Shown here: piece by piece, positions 38,584 through 48,554 of the stretch
How the letters are laid out: each line of letters begins with the position of its first letter
Position numbering within the stretch: position 1 is the first letter of the stretch
Translations under genes and position numbers: made by a program
Source of the DNA: Smithella sp.
GTDB taxonomy: Bacteria; Desulfobacterota; Syntrophia; Syntrophales; Smithellaceae
DNA length: 64,000 nt
Direction: 5' to 3'
Assembly (NCBI GenBank): GCA_018056685.1
Contig: JAGPFC010000010.1
Location: forward strand, 5,213-69,212
Notes under the pieces: model-generated
Told to the model about the DNA's origin: nothing
Databases searched by the model: none
Seen by the model: only the letters and a program-made list of their open reading frames with translations

Positions 38584-39957
38584 ATGCATGAAACAATTTT
38601 AATCGTTGATGACGAACAGAGTATTTGCCAGTCTCTTAAAGCAATCCTGAGCGATGAAGGGTATCAGGTTTTAGTGGCCGGCAGCGGCGAAGAAGCCGTA
38701 AAAATCGTGGAAGAGGAAATGCCGCAACTGGTGCTGCTGGATGTCTGGCTGCCGGGCATGGATGGCCTGGACACGCTGAAGGCCATTAAAAAAATAAATC
38801 CCCAGAGTCTGGTGATCATTATGTCCGGTCACGGTACCATTGAAACAGCGGTAAAAGCCACTAAACTGGGGGCTTTTGATTTTATTGAAAAGCCGCTTTC
38901 CCTGGATAAGATCATCATTCTGGTCAATAATGCTCTGAGTATCGTGCGCCTGCAGGAGGAGAATGTTTTATTAAAGCAGAAAGTGACTCATCATCAGTAT
39001 GAACTCACCGGCAGCAGTCCGGCCATCACAGAGCTGAAAGAGATGATCAGTATTGTCGCGCCGACCAATGCCTGGATTCTGATCATGGGGGAAAACGGCA
39101 CCGGTAAAGAACTGGTGGCCCGGTCCATTCATCATTTAAGCCTGAGAGCGCATAAAGATATTGTCGAGGTCAACTGCGCGGCGATCCCGGAGGAACTCAT
39201 CGAAAGCGAATTGTTCGGTCACGAAAAGGGGGCTTTTACGGGAGCGACGGAGAGAAAACGCGGCAAATTTGATCTGGCCCATGAGGGCACTATTTTTCTT
39301 GATGAAGTGGCGGACATGAGTTTGAAAGCACAGGCAAAAATTCTGCGCATTTTACAGGAAAAGAAATTCGAGCGGGTAGGCGGCAATAAATTGATCGATA
39401 TGGATGTGCGCGTGCTGGCGGCAACCAATAAGGATCTTGAGAAAGAAATGCAGGCCGGACGTTTCCGGCAGGATCTTTATTATCGTTTACACGTTATCCC
39501 TCTTGTTGTTCCGCCTTTGCGGGAGAGAAAAGAAGATATGAGACCTCTGGTGGAACGTTTTATTCTGGATTTTACGACCAAAGAGGGCATCGAACCCAAA
39601 ACCTTAACCGATGATGCCCTGGATGTTTTGATGAAGCATGATTGGCCGGGAAATGTGCGGGAATTGAAAAATATCATTGAAAGGCTGATTATCCTGACAC
39701 CGTCTCGTGAAATAACAGCGAAAGATATTCCTCCTTTAAATATCAGAGAGAGTCGCCTGGTTGCAACCGAAATCCAGTCGGCAACCGCCGATTCGCTGAA
39801 AGATGCCAAAATGGATTTTGAAAGACAGTTTATCTTAAAGAAACTGGAAGAAAACGAAGGTAATATTACGAAAACCGCAGAGGTGCTCGGTTTGGAACGC
39901 AGCAATCTGCATAAAAAACTAAAAAGTCTTAAGGTTACCCTGACCGGTGATTCTTGA
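38584..39957 (+). CDS. ntrX: Sigma-54-dependent response regulator (NtrX/NtrC class)
   Basis: Receiver (ILIVDDE...LLDVWLPGMDG), AAA+ Walker A GENGTGKE, sigma-54 contact loop GAFTGA, and C-terminal HTH. Confidence 0.88.
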   Translation: MHETILIVDDEQSICQSLKAILSDEGYQVLVAGSGEEAVKIVEEEMPQLVLLDVWLPGMDGLDTLKAIKKINPQSLVIIMSGHGTIETAVKATKLGAFDFIEKPLSLDKIIILVNNALSIVRLQEENVLLKQKVTHHQYELTGSSPAITELKEMISIVAPTNAWILIMGENGTGKELVARSIHHLSLRAHKDIVEVNCAAIPEELIESELFGHEKGAFTGATERKRGKFDLAHEGTIFLDEVADMSLKAQAKILRILQEKKFERVGGNKLIDMDVRVLAATNKDLEKEMQAGRFRQDLYYRLHVIPLVVPPLRERKEDMRPLVERFILDFTTKEGIEPKTLTDDALDVLMKHDWPGNVRELKNIIERLIILTPSREITAKDIPPLNIRESRLVATEIQSATADSLKDAKMDFERQFILKKLEENEGNITKTAEVLGLERSNLHKKLKSLKVTLTGDS

Positions 39958-39970
39958 TAAGCAGTGTTCT

Positions 39971-40948
39971 TTATTCATGATTCATCTGTTTTGTCATTTC
40001 GGAGATGGAAAATTTGTTAAACGGTAAAAACGCGATTCCGAATACAACTAAGACGACCATGGAAAGGAAATGGTAAACGACAGCGAAAGAAAGCGCGTCC
40101 GGTTTGGATAAACCGTAAAAACTTAAAGCCAGAATACAGGCAAAATGCCAGTTGCCGATAAAACCGGGCGCTGTCGGAATAGCGATTCCCACGATCAGAA
40201 TAATCATCACCACAAAGGAAGCCATCACCGGCAGAGAAAATCCAAAAGACAAAAGCAATACATAAATCGTGAGCACATCCAGAAGCCAGATCATCACGGA
40301 AAGAAAAAACAGGTATAACAGTAACTGTACATTTGTGACAATTTGCAGCCCGTTAATAAAATGATGGAGTATTTCATCTATTTTATTCGCGAACTTTCCG
40401 GGAAGTTTGTCTAAAATGATATTGATAAATTTCATCGCCTTTTCCCGGCGAAGAATTAAAAACAAGACAAAACAAAACAAAGCCATCGCTATCAGAAAAA
40501 AAAGAATGCTTGATTGAATCATCCAGGAAGGCAGATCCGTCTTGAGCAGGACGATAACCGCGATGCTCAATACAGTAAAGCTGTCTAAAATTCTTTCCAC
40601 GATAATGGTACCCAGCGCGGAGGACATTTTGATGGAGCTTCTTTTAGAGATTAAATAGGGCCTGGCCAGTTCACCGATGCGTGCCGGTATGGCGGCAATG
40701 GCCAGAAAACCGACTGACGTTACGGAAAAAAGAGAAAGTTGATCAATTTTTTCCATGGGCTGTAAAATAACACCCCAACGGTAGGAACGCAGATACTGCA
40801 TCAAGATGACCAGAAGAAGAAAAAGGATGACGTAGGTTAATTGAATCTTTTTAAGATCACTCCATACATCATTAAAATTAATTCCCCTGACGGACAGATA
40901 GACCAGAACGACACTGATCAGAATGCCGAAGATGACTTTTTTATTCAT
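39971..40948 (-). CDS. Flippase-like / lysyl-phosphatidylglycerol-synthase TM-region family membrane protein (UPF0104-like)
   Basis: 325-aa polytopic protein with a conserved-looking RSYRW motif after TM2. Confidence 0.6.
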   Translation of the reverse strand: MNKKVIFGILISVVLVYLSVRGINFNDVWSDLKKIQLTYVILFLLLVILMQYLRSYRWGVILQPMEKIDQLSLFSVTSVGFLAIAAIPARIGELARPYLISKRSSIKMSSALGTIIVERILDSFTVLSIAVIVLLKTDLPSWMIQSSILFFLIAMALFCFVLFLILRREKAMKFINIILDKLPGKFANKIDEILHHFINGLQIVTNVQLLLYLFFLSVMIWLLDVLTIYVLLLSFGFSLPVMASFVVMIILIVGIAIPTAPGFIGNWHFACILALSFYGLSKPDALSFAVVYHFLSMVVLVVFGIAFLPFNKFSISEMTKQMNHE

Positions 40949-40979
40949 TCATATACCGGGCTGTTTTTTCTGAGAGCAT

Positions 40980-41396
40980 TCATCCTTTAATCAGGTTGTC
41001 AGCAATTTTATCATGCAGGAGCTGGGAAGATTGTTTATTCCCGATAACACCCACGCGAATAGCGACTGTCGTTACATTTTTTGATTTGTAAGTGATATCG
41101 AATTTGACTTTTTCACCGTTAATCATGGCCTCAATGGTGCCTTTGGCAATTTCTTTTTGGGGAATCACTTCAATCCCATGCATGCTGGCTATGGTCTTTT
41201 CGCAGGCGGTCCATACGGCGTCAAACGATCCTTGATAATCGGTTTTTAATTCTCCCTGAATATAAAAGTATGTTCCTGCGGTTCCTGCTCCGGCGGCCGC
41301 CCCACCGACGACCAGAGTCCAGCAACCGGAAAGAAGAAAGGTAGCGGACAAACTTAAAATAAAGAACTGCAAAAAAAACTTCTTCATATTCATCAC
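40980..41396 (-). CDS. Small lipoprotein (DUF3568-like; name from memory)
   Basis: Lipobox LLSGC after the signal sequence MKKFFLQFFILSLSATF. 138 aa. Confidence 0.6.
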   Translation of the reverse strand: MMNMKKFFLQFFILSLSATFLLSGCWTLVVGGAAAGAGTAGTYFYIQGELKTDYQGSFDAVWTACEKTIASMHGIEVIPQKEIAKGTIEAMINGEKVKFDITYKSKNVTTVAIRVGVIGNKQSSQLLHDKIADNLIKG

Positions 41397-41481
41397 TCCA
41401 AGAATTTATTGTGAAACTCAAATTTCAAAAACGAATACCCTAAAGGGCACTATAGGTGTATTGAAATTTGTTGGTTGAACA

Positions 41482-41560
41482 ATTCCGCCCTAAGCGGAGG
41501 GTATGATACCCCACCCTTTGGGGCGGAATCAGGGTCCCAGGCTTTACCTGGGGCATACCC
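41482..41560. other. GC-rich structured intergenic element (candidate cis-regulatory RNA; strand unresolved)
   Basis: A 9-bp helix ATTCCGCCC (41482-41490) / GGGCGGAAT (41521-41529). A hairpin CCCAGG-CTTTA-CCTGGG (41536-41552). GGGTATG (41499-41505) can pair either locally with ATACCC (41506-41511) or distally with CATACCC (41554-41560). Confidence 0.3.
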
Positions 41561-41643
41561 GTGATTTTTGGAATTTTAAAGCATATGTTGCCGGTTATTG
41601 CAACGGCTATTATGAAAGTTGTCAGAACTGTTGATATACGGAA

Positions 41644-42708
41644 TTAGTTTTTTACAGAACTGATTTTTTCAAACTCGATTAAGAGCTCTTCCTGTTTTCT
41701 GCTCAGGTTAGTCGGGATTTGTACGTATATTTCGATAATTTGATCGCCGTGTCCGAAATTGCGTAAATGAGGGAATCCCTTGCCCTTCAGCCGGAACGTT
41801 TTGCCGTTTTGTGTGCCCCGGGGAATTTTTAAATTTTCTTTCCCCTGCAGTGTGGGCACTTCGATGGTCCCGCCCAGAGTCGCCTGAACAATAGAAATAG
41901 GGATTCTGCAGAATACATCATTGCCTGATCTGGTAAAAAACTCGTGGTCTTCGACATGAATGAATACATAAAGGTCTCCATCCGGTCCTCCCTTGCTGCC
42001 CGCTTCTCCTTCACCTCTCAGGCGCAGTCGCGAACCTGTTTCCACGCCGGCCGGGATTTTAAGTTGCACGGTCTTGGTTACCAGTTCTTTTCCTGTTCCG
42101 TGGCAATTGTTGCAGGGTTTGGATATAAACTTGCCGTAACCGTTGCAATGAGGGCAGGTGGAACTGATGGTAAAGAAACCGCTGGATTGTATCACCTGGC
42201 CTCGTCCTTTACACGTGCGACACGTTTCCGGAGAAGAACCGGGCGCCGCTCCTGACCCGTTGCATTTCCTGCAGGTAGCCGATTTTTCCACATCGATTGT
42301 TTTAGTCAGTCCGAAGGCTGCATCCATAAACGAAATTTGCAGATCATAGCGTAAATCGGCACCGGCGGTGGCAGAGGAGCGCGAATGTCCCCGCATGTTG
42401 CCAGAGCCAAAGACGTCATCAAAAATGTTGCTGAAATGGGAAAAGATATCGTCGAATCCGCTAAATCCTCTGAAACCTGTGCTGTTTAGACCTTCGTGAC
42501 CGTAGTGATCATAGATTTCTCTTTTTTCCCTGTCGCTTAATACCTCGTAAGCTTCCGCGGCTTCTTTGAAGCGGTCTTCAGCTTTTTTATCGCCCGGATT
42601 TCTGTCCGGATGACACTGCATGGCAATGGCACGATAGCTCTTTTTTATCTCTTCTTCCGTGGCCGTTCTGGATACATTCAGGATTTCGTAATAATCTTTT
42701 TTTGTCAT
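41644..42708 (-). CDS. dnaJ: Molecular chaperone DnaJ (type I, zinc-finger containing)
   Basis: J domain with HPD (CHPDRNPGD), a G/F region, and four CxxCxGxG repeats. Confidence 0.88.
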   Translation of the reverse strand: MTKKDYYEILNVSRTATEEEIKKSYRAIAMQCHPDRNPGDKKAEDRFKEAAEAYEVLSDREKREIYDHYGHEGLNSTGFRGFSGFDDIFSHFSNIFDDVFGSGNMRGHSRSSATAGADLRYDLQISFMDAAFGLTKTIDVEKSATCRKCNGSGAAPGSSPETCRTCKGRGQVIQSSGFFTISSTCPHCNGYGKFISKPCNNCHGTGKELVTKTVQLKIPAGVETGSRLRLRGEGEAGSKGGPDGDLYVFIHVEDHEFFTRSGNDVFCRIPISIVQATLGGTIEVPTLQGKENLKIPRGTQNGKTFRLKGKGFPHLRNFGHGDQIIEIYVQIPTNLSRKQEELLIEFEKISSVKN

Positions 42709-42822
42709 ATGCTTCTTACGTCAACCTCTTTTTCAATATTTCAGCGAAGGTGTTGGGCAAGTTCTCTTTAATTTACTTAATTTAATAATAATTTGATGTT
42801 CGTCAACATGGCGTGATGAAAG

Positions 42823-43704
42823 TTATCCCAAAAGACGACGCAAGGCTTCCTCATATTTTTTTCTTGTGTTTTCTATAATTTCCGGGGGTAATTCCGGCGC
42901 CGGCGGCTTTTGATTCCAGTTGATGGAGAGAAGGTAGTCGCGCAAAAACTGTTTGTCGAAACTTTTTTGAGCCCGGCCTTCCTGATAATCGTCTGCGGGC
43001 CAGAAACGCGATGAATCCGGAGTCAGCAGTTCGTCAATCAGAATTAAGTCCTTGCCCAGAAGGCCGAACTCCATCTTAGTATCAGCGATAATCATCCCGG
43101 CTTTCAAGGCAATGGCCGCCGCCCTTTCGTAAACAGCCAGGGAAATCTTTATAACTTTATCCGTCAGTTCCGAACCGATCAGATCTTCCATGGCTTTCCG
43201 GTTAATCGGAGAATCATGTTCTCCTTCCGGAGCCTTGGTTGTCGGGGTAAAAATAGGTTCGGGCAGTTTGGACGAATCTTGCAGTCCATCCGGCAATCTG
43301 ATACCCGAAACCGTTTTGTTTATCTGATAGTCCTTCCAGCCGGAACCGCTGAGATAGCCTCGGACAATACACTCCACCGGCAGAGGTGAGGCTTTCTTCA
43401 CCAGCATACTTCGACCTTCCAGATCCTGGCGATAGGGGGCGCATTCTTCGGGAAAATCGGCCGGGTTGGTGGAAACGATATGGTTGCCGATAATGTCCTT
43501 CATTTTGTCAAACCAGAAAGCGGACATCTGATTTAAAATCGCGCCCTTGCCCGGTACCGGATCGGACATGATGACATCAAAAGCGGAGATGCGGTCGGTG
43601 GTCACGATCAGCAGATAATCTTTCACGGAATAAATATCGCGGACTTTTCCCCGGCCGATCAGCTTCAGCCCTTTGAAATCCGTTTTCTGAATGCTTTTTG
43701 TCAT
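42823..43704 (-). CDS. purC: Phosphoribosylaminoimidazole-succinocarboxamide (SAICAR) synthase
   Basis: GKVRDIY, TDRISAFD and ADTKMEFG motifs. 293 aa. Confidence 0.88.
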   Translation of the reverse strand: MTKSIQKTDFKGLKLIGRGKVRDIYSVKDYLLIVTTDRISAFDVIMSDPVPGKGAILNQMSAFWFDKMKDIIGNHIVSTNPADFPEECAPYRQDLEGRSMLVKKASPLPVECIVRGYLSGSGWKDYQINKTVSGIRLPDGLQDSSKLPEPIFTPTTKAPEGEHDSPINRKAMEDLIGSELTDKVIKISLAVYERAAAIALKAGMIIADTKMEFGLLGKDLILIDELLTPDSSRFWPADDYQEGRAQKSFDKQFLRDYLLSINWNQKPPAPELPPEIIENTRKKYEEALRRLLG

Positions 43705-43719
43705 AAAGATGAGCTCCTG

Positions 43720-44349
43720 TTAATGGAAGAATGGATTATGTTTTTTTTCATGGCCGATCGTCGAACTGGGCATGCTGCCGTAATTGTGTCCGGGCATGAC
43801 CCGGGTATCGTCCGGTAATTTAAAAAGCTTTTCTGTGACGGCTTTATACAGTGTTTCCCAAGACCCTCCCGGTAAATCCGTTCTGCCTACCGCTTCGACA
43901 AAAAGAGTATCCCCGGTAAAGACATATCCCGGAGTATATAGACACATTCCACCGGGAGAATGCCCGGGCGTATGGATAACCCTGAGTTCAACATTGCCCA
44001 CGGAAATGACGTCACCTTCTTTTACCAGAATGTCGGCAGGCGGTGATGCTTTTGCTCCGAACATTCTCAAAATCATGGCTGGGGTATCCGTCAGCATGAT
44101 GGCGTCATCCTGATGAACAATGATTTTTGCGCCGGTCGTTTTCTGCATTTCCGTGTTGCCGCTGATATGATCAACATGCCCGTGCGTATTGACAATATAA
44201 TTTATCCGTAATTTATTTTTTTGCGCTTCCGCGACAATGCCTTTGATGTTATCCGCCGGATCAATGACCAGAGCATCTCCCGTAATAGGATCACCCACGA
44301 TATACGCAAATACCGCCATGGAACTTACCTGCATTTGTTTGACAAACAT
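43720..44349 (-). CDS. MBL-fold metallo-hydrolase (glyoxalase II-like)
   Basis: HTHGHVDH metal motif, then HTPGHSPG and a later PGHN. Confidence 0.8.
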   Translation of the reverse strand: MFVKQMQVSSMAVFAYIVGDPITGDALVIDPADNIKGIVAEAQKNKLRINYIVNTHGHVDHISGNTEMQKTTGAKIIVHQDDAIMLTDTPAMILRMFGAKASPPADILVKEGDVISVGNVELRVIHTPGHSPGGMCLYTPGYVFTGDTLFVEAVGRTDLPGGSWETLYKAVTEKLFKLPDDTRVMPGHNYGSMPSSTIGHEKKHNPFFH

Positions 44350-44433
44350 CTTCCAACTCCTGAAGAAAGTGCCACCTCATAACATTTTTTTGTTGAAAAC
44401 GTCAAATTTAATTCTGTATGTAAGTATTTGATA

Positions 44434-45777
44434 TTATGGGCGTTTGATGATTGCCCCGAAGAATCCGTCCATATTGTGGTGATGCGGATAAGAATGAAAA
44501 AAGCCGCGGTGGTCAATCAGTTTCCTGTTTATTGATTCCGGCGGAGGACACATGTAAAAAATTTTATTCTGTTTTATAAAATCATCAACGATATTTTCAT
44601 TTTCCTCAGGCAGAAGCGAACAGGTGCAATAAATCAGCCTTCCACCTTTTTTGACAGCGGCGGACGCATTTTGCAGAATGACTTTCTGAGCGGTGGCAAA
44701 GGCGCGGACATCTTTTTCATGGGTGCGCCATTTGATTTCCGGATTACGGCGCAAAGTGCCCAATCCGGAACAGGGCGCATCCACCAGAACACAATCAAAA
44801 TTTTCTTTAAAGGAATCGGGCAGCTCAACACTTAAATCAACCTTTTGTGCTTCAATGATGTCTATACCCAGCCGTATTGCTTCCTGCTTTAACTCGACAA
44901 TTCTCTCTGGACTGCGGTCAACGGCCACAATGCTTCCTTTATTTTTCATCATTGCCGCCAGGTGCGTGGCCTTGCCGCCGGCGCCCGCACAGGCATCCAG
45001 TATGGATAGCGAGCTTTCACGATTTACGAGATAAGCAATAAGTTGTGCCGCTTCGTCCTGAATGCGCAGGAGTCCGGTCTTAAAAAAATCCGTTTTCTGA
45101 ATGGGATTGGCGGATGTATTGAGGACAAGGCCATCAGGAGAAAACCTGGTTTCTTCAGAATCAAATCCGGCGCCAATCAGTTTTTCTTTCATTTCATCAC
45201 GGGATATTTTCAGCGTATTGATTCGTAAAGTCAGTGGCGGCAGTTCGTTATTGGCTTTACATAAAGACAGCGTTTGCTGAGGCCCGAATATTTTTATCCA
45301 TTTCTTAACCAGCCAGAGCGGATGCGAGTGAAATGCCGCGATATATTCAGCCTCGTTTTTTTTCTGTGAAGGAAAGACAATGTTCTGGCCGCGGCGCAGA
45401 TAATTTCTCAAAACGGCATTGACCAGCGCGCTTTTATCCGGATGCAGTATTTTGGTAATTTTGACCGCTTCATTGACGACGGCAAAATCCGGTAAGCGGT
45501 CACTGAATTTCAACTGATAAATGCCCGTGCGCAGGATATTTTTTATTTCTTCGTCCAATTTCTCGAAATTACCGCGGCAGAATCCGGTCAAGATCCAGTC
45601 GAGATGACCACGAAAACGCAACACACCGTAAACCAGATGCGTCAACAGACGGCCATCGGATGTGCCGGACAAATCATTCTTATTCAGACAATCATCAATC
45701 AGCGGACTGGCGAATTCCTGGCTCTTTTGTATCTGATTTAAAATATCAACAGCCAGATGGCGGATGCTTTTGGTCAT
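44434..45777 (-). CDS. rsmB: 16S rRNA (cytosine967-C5)-methyltransferase RsmB
   Basis: N-terminal NusB-like domain. SAM motif DACAGAGGK and catalytic DAPCSG and TCS motifs. Downstream of fmt. Confidence 0.85.
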   Translation of the reverse strand: MTKSIRHLAVDILNQIQKSQEFASPLIDDCLNKNDLSGTSDGRLLTHLVYGVLRFRGHLDWILTGFCRGNFEKLDEEIKNILRTGIYQLKFSDRLPDFAVVNEAVKITKILHPDKSALVNAVLRNYLRRGQNIVFPSQKKNEAEYIAAFHSHPLWLVKKWIKIFGPQQTLSLCKANNELPPLTLRINTLKISRDEMKEKLIGAGFDSEETRFSPDGLVLNTSANPIQKTDFFKTGLLRIQDEAAQLIAYLVNRESSLSILDACAGAGGKATHLAAMMKNKGSIVAVDRSPERIVELKQEAIRLGIDIIEAQKVDLSVELPDSFKENFDCVLVDAPCSGLGTLRRNPEIKWRTHEKDVRAFATAQKVILQNASAAVKKGGRLIYCTCSLLPEENENIVDDFIKQNKIFYMCPPPESINRKLIDHRGFFHSYPHHHNMDGFFGAIIKRP

Positions 45778-45798
45778 ATTTTCTATTTTTTTTACCGT

Positions 45799-46737
45799 TT
45801 ACTGTAAAATCGTTCCCGATTTTACATGATGCCCTCGGAGAAAAACGTCAATCGGCATTCTTTTCTTTCCGGCCAACTGAACATCTTTTAAAATGACGTG
45901 ACCGTCAACTGCTGCCACGGAAAGGCCGTCAGGGTCGGCAGAAGCGATTGTCCCCGGCGTCTGATCAACGCTTCCCGTACGGACAACGGCTGAAAATATT
46001 TTCAGAGACAGTCCATCCAGTGACGTGTAAGCCGTGGGTGTAGGACTCAAGCCGCGTATGAGATTAACGATCTCAGAAGCTTTTCTGTTCCAATCGATTT
46101 TCCCTGTTTCTTTTGTCAGGCGAGGTGCGAACGTTGCGCCGGAGGCATCCTGCTTTTTTCGTTGTGCTGTTCCGTCGGACATCTGCTCAACAGCTCTAAT
46201 CAGCATTGTCGCACCCAGTTGTGCCAGACGGTCATGCAAGTCCCCGACGTTTTCGGTGTCACCCAGCGGGGTTTCTTTCTGCAAAAGAACATCGCCGGAA
46301 TCCATTCCTTCATCCATAATCATGATACTGACGCCGGTTTTTGTTTCCCCGCGGATAATCTGCCAGTTGAGTGGTGCCGCGCCGCGGTATTTCGGCAGGA
46401 GAGAAGGATGGATGTTGAGACATTTCAAGGGGGGATAATCAATGATTGCCCGGGGCAGAATCTGACCGAAAGCAACCAGCACCACCATATCCGGATTCAG
46501 TTTTCTAAAAATGTCCAGAAAGGATTCATCTCTGACTTTCAGAGGCTGATACACAGGCAGACCAAATTCCTGTGCCAGAATTTTAACCGGCGGTGAGACT
46601 TCCTTCAAACCTCTTCCCTTGGGGCGGTCAGGCTGGGTGACGACACCGATAATCGGATATTGATGCTGATGCAGAGCGCGTAAGGCGGGCAGTGCGAAAG
46701 CGGGCGTGCCCATAAAAAGAATGCGTGGTTTGGCCAT
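45799..46737 (-). CDS. fmt: Methionyl-tRNA formyltransferase
   Basis: MAKPRILFMGTPAFALP at the ATG at 46737, plus NIHPSLLPKYRGAAP. The track start at 46800 is an upstream extension. Confidence 0.88.
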   Translation of the reverse strand: MAKPRILFMGTPAFALPALRALHQHQYPIIGVVTQPDRPKGRGLKEVSPPVKILAQEFGLPVYQPLKVRDESFLDIFRKLNPDMVVLVAFGQILPRAIIDYPPLKCLNIHPSLLPKYRGAAPLNWQIIRGETKTGVSIMIMDEGMDSGDVLLQKETPLGDTENVGDLHDRLAQLGATMLIRAVEQMSDGTAQRKKQDASGATFAPRLTKETGKIDWNRKASEIVNLIRGLSPTPTAYTSLDGLSLKIFSAVVRTGSVDQTPGTIASADPDGLSVAAVDGHVILKDVQLAGKKRMPIDVFLRGHHVKSGTILQ

Positions 46738-46861
46738 AGAGAGAATATCCTTTATTTTTTCTGTTGAAAAACATATATGGAAATACAGAAAATGTGTCAA
46801 GGATTACAAATTATTAAAGGTTGATTCCATTATAACGCGAACGAAACATAAACTTTTAAAT

Positions 46862-48016
46862 TTGCCGCGGGACTTCCGGTTGTTTCTTGCGGCGACGTTC
46901 GTTTTCGGATTTTCGCAGAGTATCGTTGATTCCACTTTCAATAATTTTCTCAATGAAACATTCTTGATCGATAATCTTCAGCGCGGGCTTCTGGAGTTGC
47001 CGCGTGAATTGCCAGGTCTTCTGACGATCGTTGTTTCCGCGATTTTATTTTTTCTTTGTTCCCGGAGACAGGCCATGGTTGCCAATATTCTCTGTGCCGG
47101 CGGGATTCTCTTTATCGGACTGTTCTCGCCAACCTTTTCCGTGATGCTGATCTGGCTGTTTATCTTCAGCATCGGGCAGCATTTATTCATTCCGCTGAAC
47201 CAGAGTATCGGTATGGATCTGGCCGTCGAAGGAAAAACCGGCAAGAGGCTGGGACAATTCAGCGCTGTAGCCAATGTCGCCATGATTATCGGGAGCTTTG
47301 CTGTTTTTATCGGATTCAAATATCTGAATCTGAATTTCAAGATGTCCTACGTGGTTGCATGTCTGGGATTCTTTGCCGTAGCGGTTTTGATATTCATGAT
47401 GAAAAAGGACGACCCCGTACCGGTAAGAATGAAATTTCAGTTCCGTCGGGAATACAAACTTTATTACTGGCTGACTATTTTATACGGAACGCGTAAACAG
47501 TTATTTCTGACCTTTGCTCCGTGGGTGCTGGTTACCATTTTCCAGCAGAAGACTCAGATACTCGCGACTCTGCTGACCATCGGTGGAGTCATCGGCATCT
47601 TTTTCAAACCCATGCTCGGAAAAGCGATCGACAAGCTCGGAGAGAGATTGATTCTTGCATCGGAAGCAGCCATCCTGATTTTTGTTTGCATGGGTTATGG
47701 TTTTGCCAAAAGTGTTTTTCCGGAGACAACAGCCATCTATATTGTCTTTGCCTGTTACATTGTCGATCAAATGCTGGTTGCCGTGTCTATGGCGCGGGCC
47801 ACTTATTTGCAAAAAATTGCCGTCGTGCCGGAGGATGTATCGCAGACGCTGACGATGGGCGTGAGCATTGATCACATTTTTTCCATCGGTATTGCCCTGC
47901 TGGGCGGCTTCGTCTGGGTTCAGTGGGGTTATCAGTACGTCTTTATGCTGGGTGCAAGCATTGCCGTGGTTAATTTCTTTTCTGCTCTGCAGATAAAAAC
48001 AAAATTTCTCAAATAA
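46862..48016 (+). CDS. MFS-type transporter
   Basis: About 12 predicted TM segments. The track ORF begins at 46706 inside fmt. The first plausible in-frame start beyond fmt is the TTG at 46862, which has a weak RBS, so the start is uncertain. Confidence 0.6.
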   Translation: MPRDFRLFLAATFVFGFSQSIVDSTFNNFLNETFLIDNLQRGLLELPRELPGLLTIVVSAILFFLCSRRQAMVANILCAGGILFIGLFSPTFSVMLIWLFIFSIGQHLFIPLNQSIGMDLAVEGKTGKRLGQFSAVANVAMIIGSFAVFIGFKYLNLNFKMSYVVACLGFFAVAVLIFMMKKDDPVPVRMKFQFRREYKLYYWLTILYGTRKQLFLTFAPWVLVTIFQQKTQILATLLTIGGVIGIFFKPMLGKAIDKLGERLILASEAAILIFVCMGYGFAKSVFPETTAIYIVFACYIVDQMLVAVSMARATYLQKIAVVPEDVSQTLTMGVSIDHIFSIGIALLGGFVWVQWGYQYVFMLGASIAVVNFFSALQIKTKFLK

Positions 48017-48085
48017 TATCATTACGAAGCCGATCATAAATCCCTCCGTAGCGAAAAATTAAATCGAAGTTAATGAAAATGATGG

Positions 48086-48114
48086 TTGTTAAATATTACT
48101 ATTTTGAGTATAAA
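48086..48114 (+). promoter_or_regulatory. Possible sigma-70-like promoter (TTGTTA-N17-TATAAA)
   Basis: TTGTTA at 48086-48091 and TATAAA at 48109-48114. About 50 nt before the ATG at 48166. Confidence 0.3.
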
Positions 48115-48165
48115 TTTAACTATATTATTTCAATCATTACAAAAGATATATAGGAGGTCATTCAC

Positions 48166-48549
48166 ATGGAAAAATCCAGGAGAATTTTTGCATTGTTTGT
48201 CTGCCTGTTAGTTTTATTGATTGTTTTCGGATGTAAAGGCAAGGATGAACGTCAGGTGAAACTTGAGAAAGGAATTCGTTTTATACAAAGTTTAACAGGC
48301 TCCAGTCCCGCTGATAAGCTTGCGGCTGGCCACTATCAGGCTTCCACCCCCGAAGGTATGTCCATGCTCTATCATGCCAGTCTTCCAGGGGACGGCAGTT
48401 ACCCCAATGTGTGTACGGATCGTCAGAATCTGGAACCATGGACGTTGCTCATACTGCCGGGCAATAAGGAAAATACATTGATCGTCGAAGGTTACGGCGA
48501 CGATTTGCAGAAACCAGTCATCGTGGAAGAAATAACAGTCAAAAAATAA
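48166..48549 (+). CDS. Small lipoprotein, hypothetical
   Basis: Signal peptide with lipobox VFGC. GGAGG lies upstream of the ATG. Confidence 0.6.
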   Translation: MEKSRRIFALFVCLLVLLIVFGCKGKDERQVKLEKGIRFIQSLTGSSPADKLAAGHYQASTPEGMSMLYHASLPGDGSYPNVCTDRQNLEPWTLLILPGNKENTLIVEGYGDDLQKPVIVEEITVKK

Positions 48550-48554
48550 TAGCC

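Noticed and set aside
41644-42708. dnaJ without adjacent dnaK or grpE
   Set aside because: Orphan or separately located dnaJ paralogues are common. This one has a complete J domain, G/F region and zinc finger, so nothing is anomalous.
46706-46861. 5' extension of the MFS transporter ORF
   Set aside because: It overlaps the fmt start region on the opposite strand, and the encoded residues are non-hydrophobic junk before the first TM helix. The start was moved to the TTG at 46862, which remains uncertain.
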